DNA from: Candidatus Babelota bacterium
Lineage (GTDB): Bacteria > Babelota > Babeliae > Babelales > CAIQNR01
Direction of reading: 5' to 3'
DNA length: 64,000 nt
NCBI GenBank assembly: GCA_965658655.1
Contig: CBFHTA010000001.1
Location: 114,507 to 178,506, forward strand
Shown: in pieces, positions 63,554-64,000 of the stretch
How positions within the stretch are numbered: the stretch's first letter is position 1
Layout of the letters: each line of letters begins with the position of its first letter
Translations under genes and position numbers: made by a program
Notes under the pieces: model-generated
What the model was told of the DNA's origin: nothing
The model's database searches: none
Seen by the model: the letters and a program-made list of their open reading frames with translations, nothing else

Positions 63554-64000
63554 GTGAAAATTGCCAGACTATCAGGAAGAGAGATATTTGATTCTCGTGG
63601 CGTTCCAGCGCTTGTGTGTGAAATTGCTTTAGATGACGGAACATTTATTGCTGCGTCTGTCCCCTCTGGGGCTTCTTGTGGGAGCAATGAAGCAAAAGAG
63701 TTGCGAGATGGCGGCGATCGTCTTGGTGGTAAGGGGTTGCTTAAAGCTGTGCATAACCTTGATCATATTGTGGCTCCAGCTCTTGTTGGAAAAGAGCCAG
63801 ATGTTATGGTTGCAGACGCTTTGCTTATTAGCCTAGATGGCACTTCTGATAAAAGTAAGCTTGGTGCAAATGTTATATTGGCTGCAAGCATTGCAGTTTG
63901 TAAAGCACAAGCAGCAGCACATGAACGAGAAGTGTTTGAGTTGATAGCAGAACTTTACGGTTCTGACTCCATTTCTTTACCTTTTCCTTTAGTTAATGTT
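63554..64000 (+). CDS. eno: enolase, N-terminal 149 codons (continues beyond window end)
   Basis: Absent from the ORF track because it is open at the window edge. The GTG at 63554 after AAGGA gives VKIARLSGREIFDSRGVPALVCEIALDDGTFIAASVPSGASCGSNEAKELRDGG..GKG...AV.N, matching the conserved enolase N-terminal domain. Confidence 0.9.
   Translation, partial: MKIARLSGREIFDSRGVPALVCEIALDDGTFIAASVPSGASCGSNEAKELRDGGDRLGGKGLLKAVHNLDHIVAPALVGKEPDVMVADALLISLDGTSDKSKLGANVILAASIAVCKAQAAAHEREVFELIAELYGSDSISLPFPLVNV

Overview
64-kb window from an AT-rich (about 38-40% GC by eye) diderm bacterial chromosome, with roughly 60 tightly packed genes. I see no rRNA, CRISPR array, transposase or integrase. Recognisable housekeeping genes are wecB-wecC (partial), a HIT protein, alaS, a NUDIX hydrolase, pth, skp-like, a P-type ATPase, smpB plus ssrA (tmRNA), tsaD, rho, secF, rpmA, thyX, polA, priA, orn, a double-module ddl, an AGCS symporter, ruvA, tRNA-Gly(GCC), a jag-like gene, mnmE, pal-like, rng, gatB, a MutY/Nth-like glycosylase, a tandem M16 peptidase, a short comEC, two clostripain-like peptidases, a family-4 UDG, nusA-infB, a WecA-like GT4, nfo, a large OMP, aspS and eno (partial). 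About 16 orphan genes are interleaved with these. They encode proteins with an N-terminal signal peptide or lipobox, and many also have a C-terminal or hairpin membrane anchor. That pattern suggests a host-associated lineage, but this is inference only and I cannot assign taxonomy without a search. The strongest non-coding signal is at 53.7-54.1 kb between udg and nusA. It holds nine perfect DnaA boxes: two mirror-image arrays of four boxes at exact 11-bp spacing, plus a ninth box next to a 29-nt pure A/T tract. I read this as a chromosomal origin (oriC) not linked to dnaA within this window. Other items worth follow-up: a paralogous family with signal peptide, glycine-zipper TM hairpin and coiled coil flanking gatB, one member ending in a CaaX-like CVIL; a run of small Cys-rich type-I anchored proteins around thyX; a single-ORF Ddl-Ddl fusion; tandem secreted C11 peptidases after a truncated ComEC; and a transglutaminase-like gene split by a 1-nt homopolymer frameshift. 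All family assignments come from motifs I recognise in the translations. No database search was run.
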